From NCBI RefSeq assembly GCF_000039765.1, contig NC_004459.3, positions 60,001 through 92,000 on the forward strand: a stretch of DNA of 32,000 nt, read 5' to 3'. Both the position numbers and the translations under genes were made by a program. Numbering within the stretch: the stretch's first letter is position 1; the number at the start of each line of letters is the position of its first letter. The DNA is from Vibrio vulnificus CMCP6. GTDB taxonomy: Bacteria; Pseudomonadota; Gammaproteobacteria; Enterobacterales; Vibrionaceae. A model generated the notes under the pieces. That model was not told the origin of the DNA. It saw only the letters and a program-made list of their open reading frames with translations, and did not search any database. This document shows positions 8,551 to 16,692 of this stretch, piece by piece.

Positions 8551-9717
8551 TTACCCCCAAATCGCCAGCTCAACAGCCGGTACCTGAACCCACTTCTCAT
8601 GGCCCTCTTTGTATATCTTGGTACTGCGAGAATCCGTGTGTGCAGCGCGTGCTTGAGCGTCGTGGCCAGCCTTATCGTACAAGTGAATACTCAGCCCTCG
8701 AATCTCGTGATACGTTGGCCGACAGTCTGCAGGCACACCTTTTTTGACCTTCACCTGGTCCCGTAACTTGGAAAAAAAGCGGCTCAGATATTTTCGGTTC
8801 ACCTGAGTGAGGTGATCACAATACTGGCTCACATCATTGCTGCGTTTTTCCGGCAGACGATGCACCACGTAAGGTGAATCAATATTGTCCTTGCTCGCTT
8901 CAATAATATTCAGCAGTGACCTTGTCACAGGGATAACAACTCGGCTTGCTTCCTTCTTTTTTACCTTACGGCGATGAATGCGCAGATACCCAAACACCTC
9001 AACACCATCTTCCAGAACTGGAGCATCGAGCATGGTGATATCCTCGTATTTCATCGCACATATCTCATTAACCGCGTGCGTTGTCTCGAGAGAGAGGTCC
9101 ATTGCAACCCTCATCCCACTGAGGAGCGATGCCCAAATCGATTTATATTCAGAGAGCGTTAAGTCGCGGCGTTGCTTCTCCTCCTTCGGCCTTACGTTTT
9201 TGCGTTTGGCCGGATTGTCGACCAATCACCGATTCATCGATGCGTAATCAAACACCTTCGACATAAACGCTATCCAGCGGTTGAAGACATTATTTGATTT
9301 ACCTGCAGCAACGGCATCGAGCACCAGGTTCACATCGTCCAAAGTGATGGACATACCCACTCTGTCACCAAGCAAGGTATCCAGCTTTTCTAAACGGCTA
9401 TCAAACATGGCCAACGTCTCTTTTGTCGGCTTTTCATCGGCCGCATATCGCGCCGATACTCGAGCAAAGAACGTAGAAAGCCGTTCAACAGACTTGCGAT
9501 GATGCGGTTTAATGAGGTCGAGATTGACCGGATGAGCGATTTCAGGGTCAACCCGATAAGTGGCGTTGTATCTTCTGGCCAGAGCGATTGCTCGGCTCTT
9601 GTCGTGGCCGAGAGATTTACAGCTGTTATCGATACGCCGAAAGACGTACCCTTTCTTACCTTTAAAATAGAGACCTTCAGGGAGGTCTCTATACTTACTA
9701 CTTCTTGGACGTGGCAC
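8551..9717 (-). pseudogene. int: lambda-type tyrosine integrase interrupted by an in-frame TGA (9226-9228)
   Basis: The N-terminus (PRPRSSKYRDLPEGLYF) parallels the lambda Int arm-binding domain. The C-terminus has HEIRGL (H-x-x-R) and AHTDSRSTKIY (His..Tyr). ORFs 9226-9723 and 8551-9225 are in the same frame, separated only by TGA (..ASMNR*LVDNPAKRK..). The likely start is GTG at 9717, 5 nt after GAGG. Confidence 0.7.
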
Positions 9718-9734
9718 GGTCACCTCAGTACATA

Positions 9735-9929
9735 TTAGTGAGAAAGCAGGTCATCCAAGAAAGGATCACCGCTCGATTTCTTCTCTTTTTCCAAATCAAC
9801 GTAATATGAACGTCCAATTCTTTTCCCTGGCAACGTGCCTAAATCGATTTCCCTACGACAGATACGCACATCTGGCGCACTGCCCTCAGTAAACCGGAGT
9901 TTTCGCCAAAGGCTGAGTTTCACCAACAT
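9735..9929 (-). CDS. xis: excisionase (lambda Xis-like)
   Basis: 64-aa ORF immediately upstream of int with an SD (GTGAGGA). The motif LSLWRK..RICRREIDLGTLPGKRIGRSYYVDL resembles the lambda Xis winged-helix pattern (recalled, not aligned). Confidence 0.65.
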   Translation of the reverse strand: MLVKLSLWRKLRFTEGSAPDVRICRREIDLGTLPGKRIGRSYYVDLEKEKKSSGDPFLDDLLSH

Positions 9930-10060
9930 AAAAGATCCTCACCCACAGACGTTTGAAAAAACCTCTGAACCTATGGAATGAAATTTACAGACTTTTTTGA
10001 ATTCAGTAACTTGCATTCAAATTGTTTATTTCTTCGCCCTCAAGTTGCCGCAAGAGGGCT

Positions 10061-10099
10061 TTAAAAACCTATGGGATGATCACTGGATTCCCATAGGTT
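10061..10099 (-). terminator. intrinsic terminator at the end of the early operon, upstream of xis-int
   Basis: Perfect 11-bp stem AACCTATGGGA (10066-10076) / TCCCATAGGTT (10089-10099). In minus-strand orientation it is followed by TTTTTAAA (10065-10058). Confidence 0.6.
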
Positions 10100-10129
10100 T
10101 AGTTGGAGCCATGAGCATAGTTTTGGCGC

Positions 10130-10645
10130 CTATGCCGCTTTCGAGTTAACCTCCGAGCCGATATTCTGAAGCACTACGGCCACCCAACTGAGCTCTGTTT
10201 TCAAACGATCACACTCTCGAGTAATGGCGAGAACGGACAGTTGTTCCTGTTGAGCCATTTTCTCTGCGAGCTGCTCTTGAGCACTGTCCAATGCTTGAGT
10301 AAGTTGAACTTCCAACTGCTCAAAATAGTACGCGTTAGCTAGGAACAAATGGGCCAAGGTTTCATCCTGGACACGTGAGATGGAAGGCTCAACATCCAAC
10401 GCGTCCGTCAGTTTCTGTTTACCCATTTCTGTTAGCTGATAGAGCTTCTTATCGGGCTTTCCAGATTGCAGAACCACTTCCAGAGACAAAAAACCGAATG
10501 TTTCAAGTTTAGCCAGCTCACGATAAATTTGCTGATGCGACGCTTTCCAACCTTTTGCTGGTAAACGTTTTGCTAAGTCATAACCAGTCATTTGCTGCTG
10601 GCCAACTTCAGCCATCAAGACAAGTTGCAGATTTGATATGTGCAT
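10130..10645 (-). CDS. PadR-family transcriptional regulator, AphA-like
   Basis: N-terminal winged HTH with TGYDLAKRL..WKASHQQIYRELAKLE..GKPDKKLYQLTEMG, then a helical C-terminal domain. The pattern closely parallels my recollection of Vibrio AphA (GYDITKEF..FWKASHQQVYRELNKM..GKPDRKVYSIT..RDEF). SD AGAGGG. Confidence 0.8.
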   Translation of the reverse strand: MHISNLQLVLMAEVGQQQMTGYDLAKRLPAKGWKASHQQIYRELAKLETFGFLSLEVVLQSGKPDKKLYQLTEMGKQKLTDALDVEPSISRVQDETLAHLFLANAYYFEQLEVQLTQALDSAQEQLAEKMAQQEQLSVLAITRECDRLKTELSWVAVVLQNIGSEVNSKAA

Positions 10646-10656
10646 AATATTGCCCT

Positions 10657-11277
10657 CTAATTAATGCGTTTGTTGGTTTCAAAAGTAGCGACTTCGAGTT
10701 TGGATACCAAACGTCCGGTTTCCTTCAGCTCGCTTGGTAAGTCGTTAACTCGGTTTTGGTTCATTCTCAAGTTCACAGACTGAGAGACACATTCAAGATT
10801 GGATAACTTGCAGTTCAACTTATCTCCATCAATAAAGCGCAAGATCATCCCCTTGGGGACAGGACCATGCTCTTGCTCCCAAATGACATAGTGTTTAGGG
10901 CGATAGCGAGTCTTCGCGCCGGTATACGGGTTCTGTTCCGCTACGTTGATAAGAATGTATCCATCTTTTGAACAAATACGTTCATGGCCAATAGGCTTTT
11001 TGTTGTGTGGTACCTGACCTGATTGAAAGCTTCCGGTGTTTGGTTTACACACTCCTTTGGTACCTGTATTCCATGGCAACTCACCTTTTTCAAAACAACC
11101 CGTTCGACCAGTTAACCAGCCATAACGCTTGCAGTATGCAGAGATAGCTTTCTGAGTCTGTTCAAGACCGAACCTAGAGTTGAACTGTTCAGTAAGTTCT
11201 TTCCGAGGAAGAAATGCATGGTCCTTTAAAAAAGTCTTCTGCTCTTCCGTGTATTGATGGCAGACTCCTTTAGGCAT
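10657..11277 (-). CDS. HNH homing-type endonuclease
   Basis: C-terminal RPKHYVIWEQEHGPVPKGMILRFIDGDKLNCKLSNLECVS is a typical phage HNH_3 motif. SD GGAGGA. Confidence 0.8.
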   Translation of the reverse strand: MPKGVCHQYTEEQKTFLKDHAFLPRKELTEQFNSRFGLEQTQKAISAYCKRYGWLTGRTGCFEKGELPWNTGTKGVCKPNTGSFQSGQVPHNKKPIGHERICSKDGYILINVAEQNPYTGAKTRYRPKHYVIWEQEHGPVPKGMILRFIDGDKLNCKLSNLECVSQSVNLRMNQNRVNDLPSELKETGRLVSKLEVATFETNKRIN

Positions 11278-11506
11278 GTCGCTTGTCCTCCATCATCGGA
11301 ACCTTATACTTTCCTGCGTACTCGGCTTTAAACTTCGCCCCTTCGAGAACAAGCTGAGCATTGTTGACGATCTGATTAGATACAGCAGTGATGGCTTTTG
11401 AACGAGCGACTTCCATCTCCAGTTCCGGACCTTTTAAGGATTCATCACCCAAACGTTCAATTTGAGCAAACAAATGGTCATTCAAATCCGTTAATTGATT
11501 CTTCAT
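11270..11506 (-). CDS. hypothetical phage protein (helical, 78 aa)
   Basis: SD GAAGGTAA. Its 3' end overlaps the HNH gene start by 8 nt (translational coupling). Protein-like composition. Confidence 0.6.
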   Translation of the reverse strand: MKNQLTDLNDHLFAQIERLGDESLKGPELEMEVARSKAITAVSNQIVNNAQLVLEGAKFKAEYAGKYKVPMMEDKRHA

Positions 11507-11539
11507 GGTCTTTACCTTCTACGGTCTCTACAACTTGTA

Positions 11540-11791
11540 CTAACAATGATGATTAAGCACTCGAACAGTGACATCGAGGTGCAGAGAGGAAATGCCTAGC
11601 TTTTCAGCCAAGCGCTTACGATTGCCGGCATCGAGATTGATGGCGCTGGCCAACGTCTCGAACTTATTCTCATGGCTACTCATATCGTGCTTTTTACCGT
11701 TGATATAAGGTTGATCAAGTCCTGCCTCTTCATAGACTTCAACGATCATTTTCGCGACATGGTTTAGGGGTTTTTGCTTAGATTTAGGCAT
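11540..11791 (-). CDS. hypothetical phage protein (83 aa, possible C-terminal HTH)
   Basis: Same-strand operon context, 8-nt overlap with the upstream gene, segment NRKRLAEKLGISSLHL. Confidence 0.55.
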   Translation of the reverse strand: MPKSKQKPLNHVAKMIVEVYEEAGLDQPYINGKKHDMSSHENKFETLASAINLDAGNRKRLAEKLGISSLHLDVTVRVLNHHC

Positions 11792-12038
11792 CTTTCTTTA
11801 CCTCTTGGCTGAGTTGTTCAAACTCTTCTTCGTTACAAATCAGGAAGCCACCAAAGCCAGTTTCTCTATGGAGTACTCCCTCGGCGATAATACGTCCTTC
11901 CAAAACCTCACATGCATGCTCAACAGCATCATTGAAGCTAGGAAAAGACCCAAGCTCGAGATTAATGACTTCGTTCGTTTTAGAACTTACCGAAACCGCA
12001 CCATTTTCATTTAAGTAAGCTGCAATGTAGTTATTCAA
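11784..12038 (-). CDS. hypothetical phage protein
   Basis: The ORF is open to 12149, but that would overlap the DUF3850-like gene by 119 nt. An in-frame TTG at 12038 lies 4 nt after a strong AAGGAGGA and overlaps the upstream stop (TTGAATAA). The start is uncertain. Confidence 0.45.
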   Translation of the reverse strand: MNNYIAAYLNENGAVSVSSKTNEVINLELGSFPSFNDAVEHACEVLEGRIIAEGVLHRETGFGGFLICNEEEFEQLSQEVKKDA

Positions 12039-12270
12039 TGAGTCCTCCTTCGATCCAATCAAATGAGAAAACGACATAGCCATCTTGCTGTGCGTAATCA
12101 GTGATGTACTTAATCCGGATAGTGAGATAGCGTTTTCCGTTGGTTTCAATCAGCGTCACTCGGTCACCTACTTTGAAATCACGGTCGTTCTTGCGAATTT
12201 CAAAGGTTTTGTCGCCAGCGATAATGGCTTCTAGGTGCTCGGGTTTAATCTTGAGTTGATGGTATGCCAT
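12031..12270 (-). CDS. DUF3850/ASCH-like small protein
   Basis: HQLKIKPEHLEAIIAGDKTFEIRKNDRDFKVGDRVTL matches the DUF3850 (ASCH/PUA-like) pattern as I recall it. Confidence 0.65.
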   Translation of the reverse strand: MAYHQLKIKPEHLEAIIAGDKTFEIRKNDRDFKVGDRVTLIETNGKRYLTIRIKYITDYAQQDGYVVFSFDWIEGGLIE

Positions 12271-12273
12271 GGC

Positions 12274-12837
12274 TCATTCCTTAACCTTTTCGGCTAAGCG
12301 TTGGTAAATGGCTGAAACATACTTAGCCTGGTGAACTGCATCAGATAGGGCGTCATGGCGAACACCTTCAAAAGGCATGTCACGCTTAGGATCAAAACCA
12401 AGTAGGTTTTTTCCTAGGTCAACCATCGTTCGAACATCACGTTCATTCCAGAACTGCCAAGGTACAAACTGCTCACCTAAGCACTGGATAATCGTGTTTT
12501 TCAGAATTACACAGTCAAATGATGAGCCATTGCCCCAAACTAGCGGTTGCCTTGAACCACTGTTAACAAACTCTCGAAATTCATGCAGAGAAATATTGAT
12601 ATTTTGTGCTTCTGAACTATTCAATACCGCTCGGGCATCACTGCTTTGCTTCATCCACCAAAGCACTGTACTGGCATCAATACATCCACATTCTTGAGAG
12701 CTTTCTAGAGAAATAATACGGGAGAATTTTTCTCCGATTTCTCCGGTTGAAGGCTCGAAAAAACAAGCACCAATAGCGACGATCGCTGCATTGCTGCTAT
12801 TCCCCATTGTCTCTAAGTCAATCATTAGGTTTTTCAT
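12274..12837 (-). CDS. DEDDh 3'-5' exonuclease (DnaQ/RNase T-like)
   Basis: Exo motifs MIDLETMG (D-x-E), WGNGSSFD (D) and HDALSDAVHQA (H-x4-D). Confidence 0.8.
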   Translation of the reverse strand: MKNLMIDLETMGNSSNAAIVAIGACFFEPSTGEIGEKFSRIISLESSQECGCIDASTVLWWMKQSSDARAVLNSSEAQNINISLHEFREFVNSGSRQPLVWGNGSSFDCVILKNTIIQCLGEQFVPWQFWNERDVRTMVDLGKNLLGFDPKRDMPFEGVRHDALSDAVHQAKYVSAIYQRLAEKVKE

Positions 12838-12848
12838 TAGTCATATCC

Positions 12849-15608
12849 TTACTGGTTAGTTTCTTTCTCACGAACATCGTCTGGAATGGTTGGGAACAGG
12901 CCGAACTCGCGCAGGTTCTCAACGCCCAGGGCGACAAAATTGGCAACGCGTTTGCCGTTAATCGATTTCTCGTGGCCATCTTTCAGCACCACTTTGGCCT
13001 CCTTGAGCTGCTTCTTCAGAATGCGATCGCTCTTCACAGGCAAGCTGTCAAACTTGGCTTTCAATGCAGGGCTTTGGCTTATGTGCTGCATGATGTGGCT
13101 GGTACGAACCAGCAAGCACAGCTCGCCCTCAATCCAATCGAAAGAGAACGGGTGGCGGAAATGCCCAGCATCCATCTCGCCCAGGATAAGCTCCATAATC
13201 CACACCCACGGCTCGCGCTCTGCTTCTGTTTCGCGAATGTGCGCATTCATCTCTGTCACCAAATCTTGAATAAAGTGACCATAGTTACTTGCAACGCCCG
13301 TGAATTCGCACAGCAAACGCCACGTCAGCATCAAACAGGCATAGTTATCACGCATACGGTTCGCGCCGTTGTCGTCAGGCTTAGCCATACAACGCTTCGA
13401 AAGGTAATCAACACACTCGCGATAAGCGCGTTTCATTTGTGGCCGAGTGTAAGAGGTCAGGTACAGGATCCAGTTTTTAACAGGGAAACGAGGCAACTCA
13501 TCGGGAATCATGTCGCCCTTGCGTCCGGTCAAGTCAGAACGCACCAGCTTGCCAAGCAACGATTGCACCGGCACGTCTTCACCCGCCAACAGCACTGGCG
13601 CAATACTCAAGAACTCCGTCATGTCCGTACCACGGCGAGTGATGGTGTATTGGTAGCTCTCTTGCAGCATGGCCACCGCTTTATCAATTACGCCTTGACC
13701 CTGAGCGGAGAGCTCTTCCCAACCGACCGGGTGAGAGGTGTGCGATATCGATGTCAGCAAACGGAACTCGGTTTTCAAGCTCTGGCCAGAAAACATGGTG
13801 AATGCCAACGTGCGCTCGAGCGACTTAACCAGCGTCGATTTACCCGCGCCTTTCCCTGCATTCAGCATGTAATGAGGCCAAAAGCCTAAGTAAGTTTTGA
13901 TGTGCGCACCCAAGCCCCAAACCAACAGCATCAAAGCCGCGTTGTTTTTGAATGTGGCGTGATACGCTTCAATCACACGCAATCCCTGCTCTGGAGAGCC
14001 AGATGGAAACTGCAAATTGTGGTATGGGCACTGCTGCGTTGGGTCAGTAAAGAACGAGTCCGGTCCTTCGTTTAAAATCGCTTGGCCATTGTGCCAGGCA
14101 AGCCCAACGAAATTGACCGCGTTGCGCTCGCCAAGGTGGGTGGCGCGCTCGAGTATCGAGATCATTCGGGTGAACTTGCTCGGGTTGAAAATCCCGCCGC
14201 CGACCCGACGCCAAACATCGATGTTGTAAAGCTGCTCACGTTTGAGCACAAAACGGGTTAGCTCCGTCGGTGAATCGGGCGTTTGAATCGTGGCTGAGTA
14301 TACTTTCGTCGGCTGCAAATCGGGTTCGCCTGTCATGGCTGAATTCGCCGATGAAATCGTCACTTTCGATAAGCCAGCAATGCGGAACGAGCACACATCC
14401 TGTGGGATCTTCTGCTCACCTTCTTCATTGGTCACGATTTTCAAATAACTGGTAAAGTCGGGCTTCACTCGAAACAGCCAGTACAGTGATTGATCATGAT
14501 GTGGCAGCGGCAAGCGCTTAAACTGGGAGTTCTCAAACTCCCCTTCTTGCCCTGCAATAAGCCAAGGCTCAAAGTAATCCAGCGCATACTTGGTCATTTG
14601 CGTACCGTGTTTACGTAGATAATCGTTAAGGTCGTTGATCTCGTCCCATTTGCCACCGGATTGATCAACAAGGTAACAAGGAATGTTGAGCGCCGTGCAT
14701 CGCTCGTGCACGATCCACGCGGCCTCTGGCCCTGGTCTGTGGCCTTTTCTTGGCCCTTCCGCAATAGGCTGGTCATTGTCAAAACAACAAACCACACGCT
14801 TGCCAGATAGGAATCGCCAGTCGATTTCGTCGACCGCAAGACCGCGAGTCGCAATCGCCGTCACTGGTACTTTCCCTTTCCCCTTAGGATCGTAAGCAGC
14901 AATCGCCGAGATAGCATTAATCGCAGATTCAACCACAATCACGGTTTTGGCACGCCTAAGCGCCATTTTGTCAGGGATGTACGGGAAGCCGCGTTTTTCC
15001 CCCATCGCCTTGGTTTTGTTATCACCATTTAGCGCAGGATCAAAAAATCGGAAATCTATCCCCACCACTTCATTGGTAAATAGGCATCGGCTCGGGAACG
15101 TCACGGCAGGGCCACCGTAACCCAACTCACCAGGGTTTTTGCTTGGGCTTGTCCAATCGCTGTAACCAAATGCACCGCGCTTTTGCAGCATATCCACCAC
15201 ATCGGCCGGAATGCCGCGCACATCAATCAGATAGGCTCTTGCATCACCCGCAACCGCTAACTGCTTCTCAGCAACCCACGCAATTTGGCTTTGCTGCTTA
15301 GGCTGCTGAGGGGCTAGCTCATCGGTAGGAATATTGAACTCTTCGTGCAGCCACTTCATCGCTTCACTGGCATCCATCGCCTGACCGCAATAAATCACAA
15401 GGTCGATACAACTGCCTTTTTCACCGGAAGCATGATCTTTCCACATCATGTATCCGGCTTTACCTGCCTCGAAAATGCTCACGCTTGGGTGCTTGTCAGG
15501 GCGGTTGGGTGCGCGGTAATTGCCGGATGGATCGGGTCTTTCCATACCTAAACGGTCAGCCAACTCGTGTAAATTAATGATCTGTTTTAGTTGTTCTGCG
15601 GACGCCAT
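12849..15608 (-). CDS. replication primase-helicase (degenerate zinc-ribbon N-domain + Toprim + P-loop NTPase)
   Basis: Toprim signature (VIVVESAINAIS ... CCFDNDQP) and Walker A (NAGKGAGKSTLV). ATG at 15608 follows GGAGG by 9 nt. The TTG at 15659 in the ORF track is less likely. Confidence 0.85.
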   Translation of the reverse strand: MASAEQLKQIINLHELADRLGMERPDPSGNYRAPNRPDKHPSVSIFEAGKAGYMMWKDHASGEKGSCIDLVIYCGQAMDASEAMKWLHEEFNIPTDELAPQQPKQQSQIAWVAEKQLAVAGDARAYLIDVRGIPADVVDMLQKRGAFGYSDWTSPSKNPGELGYGGPAVTFPSRCLFTNEVVGIDFRFFDPALNGDNKTKAMGEKRGFPYIPDKMALRRAKTVIVVESAINAISAIAAYDPKGKGKVPVTAIATRGLAVDEIDWRFLSGKRVVCCFDNDQPIAEGPRKGHRPGPEAAWIVHERCTALNIPCYLVDQSGGKWDEINDLNDYLRKHGTQMTKYALDYFEPWLIAGQEGEFENSQFKRLPLPHHDQSLYWLFRVKPDFTSYLKIVTNEEGEQKIPQDVCSFRIAGLSKVTISSANSAMTGEPDLQPTKVYSATIQTPDSPTELTRFVLKREQLYNIDVWRRVGGGIFNPSKFTRMISILERATHLGERNAVNFVGLAWHNGQAILNEGPDSFFTDPTQQCPYHNLQFPSGSPEQGLRVIEAYHATFKNNAALMLLVWGLGAHIKTYLGFWPHYMLNAGKGAGKSTLVKSLERTLAFTMFSGQSLKTEFRLLTSISHTSHPVGWEELSAQGQGVIDKAVAMLQESYQYTITRRGTDMTEFLSIAPVLLAGEDVPVQSLLGKLVRSDLTGRKGDMIPDELPRFPVKNWILYLTSYTRPQMKRAYRECVDYLSKRCMAKPDDNGANRMRDNYACLMLTWRLLCEFTGVASNYGHFIQDLVTEMNAHIRETEAEREPWVWIMELILGEMDAGHFRHPFSFDWIEGELCLLVRTSHIMQHISQSPALKAKFDSLPVKSDRILKKQLKEAKVVLKDGHEKSINGKRVANFVALGVENLREFGLFPTIPDDVREKETNQ

Positions 15609-15879
15609 ACAGCGTGCCTCCAATTCTGTGTAGTTCCACCCCAATCGAGACGGGGCCAAAAAGACGTTCTAAGTTCTGTTTTACCTGCTGAAACTCTTGA
15701 GATTTCAGCAGGTCAGCCATCGGTGCGTAGTCGTGCTGTATGCGTTGCCAAACCTGTTTTTTCTTGTCTGCTGGCAGCTCGCTTAAAATAACGGTCGGCA
15801 TTGCCGTACGGGTTAAAACAGGCTCGGAAAACCAAAGCGGACATTGCCAACCCTTATAGGGCTTACAGGTCGCAGGCAT
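15574..15879 (-). CDS. hypothetical phage protein
   Basis: ATG with AAGG upstream, same-strand operon context. Its 3' end overlaps the primase start by 35 nt, so the exact extent is uncertain. Confidence 0.45.
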   Translation of the reverse strand: MPATCKPYKGWQCPLWFSEPVLTRTAMPTVILSELPADKKKQVWQRIQHDYAPMADLLKSQEFQQVKQNLERLFGPVSIGVELHRIGGTLYGVRRTTKTDH

Positions 15880-16162
15880 ACAACCGCCTTAAACAAGCAG
15901 ATGCCAACCAAAGCTCAACGCTCAAATGGCAACTGTGCGTCAGCTGCTGCTGTTCAACCTGCTCTTTGGGGAGATTGTCCAGCTCTTTGCTGTCGAGTTT
16001 GATGTGTCCAGCCTCAAGCCACTGGTTGAACACAGCATCTTGCTCATCAATAAACGCATGACGGTTGATAAAGCCCTGCTGGCGCACCATTTGTTGCTCC
16101 AAGCGGAACAAGCAGGCACGCTCCGGTGCAGAAAGCTTGGTGGCCAAAACAGGGTTAGGCAT
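15863..16162 (-). CDS. hypothetical phage protein (99 aa)
   Basis: SD GAGGAAG, 8-nt overlap with the upstream gene, operon context. Confidence 0.5.
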   Translation of the reverse strand: MPNPVLATKLSAPERACLFRLEQQMVRQQGFINRHAFIDEQDAVFNQWLEAGHIKLDSKELDNLPKEQVEQQQLTHSCHLSVELWLASACLRRLYACDL

Positions 16163-16466
16163 AAAGATCTTCCTCGTAGGCTTTGGCTAAACGCTCTGAG
16201 GGAAGCAGCTGATGGCGCGCCCAAACCGAGTTCTCATTCAGCACAGCTAGCAACCCTGCCACGTGCCTCTCTGGAACGCCTTCGCTAATCAACCACAAAC
16301 GAACATCAATCGGTTCAACCGCCAAACGGTCGGCCACATATTCGTTCAGCTGTTTGGTCGAAGCCTTACCTTTAAACACATGAAGGTTGATGTTGCGTAG
16401 CGCAGCGGCCATCGCACTGCGGCGCATAATTTTGACTCGTTCACGTAATTCTGATGCTGAATCCAT
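16155..16466 (-). CDS. hypothetical phage protein (103 aa)
   Basis: SD AGGAGA upstream of the ATG at 16466, operon context. Confidence 0.55.
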   Translation of the reverse strand: MDSASELRERVKIMRRSAMAAALRNINLHVFKGKASTKQLNEYVADRLAVEPIDVRLWLISEGVPERHVAGLLAVLNENSVWARHQLLPSERLAKAYEEDLYA

Positions 16467-16476
16467 GCTGTTTCTC

Positions 16477-16692
16477 CTAGTAGAACTGCGTTTGAAAAAT
16501 AGAAACTCTGCGGTCTTTACTCACCAACATCGGCGCCTCGCCAACCAATTTCACAATCACGTTGGCGCCATTGTCCTTACACCACTCGACAATCGACGCG
16601 TTATGACGATTCCCCTCAAAACTGACCACATGGCCACGGCAAATGTGCTCGGCCGAGATATGCTGCAGACGCGGCTGAGTTAGCGAAAACAT
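16477..16692 (-). CDS. hypothetical phage protein (71 aa)
   Basis: SD GGGAGG 7 nt upstream of the ATG. Overlaps the recombinase stop by 13 nt. Confidence 0.5.
   Translation of the reverse strand: MFSLTQPRLQHISAEHICRGHVVSFEGNRHNASIVEWCKDNGANVIVKLVGEAPMLVSKDRRVSIFQTQFY

Noticed and set aside
10040-10053. TTGC-N6-TTGA on the minus strand upstream of xis, resembling a lambda CII site (TTGC-N6-TTGC)
   Set aside because: It is a single imperfect occurrence with no appropriately placed -10 element. The CII here is 186-type rather than lambda-type. The bases are also part of the GCCCTC/GAGGGC hairpin.
12807-13889. 360-aa plus-strand ORF
   Set aside because: It is entirely antisense to the well-supported primase-helicase gene. 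The composition is Arg/His/Gln/Leu-rich shadow-ORF type, with no SD and no recognisable motifs.
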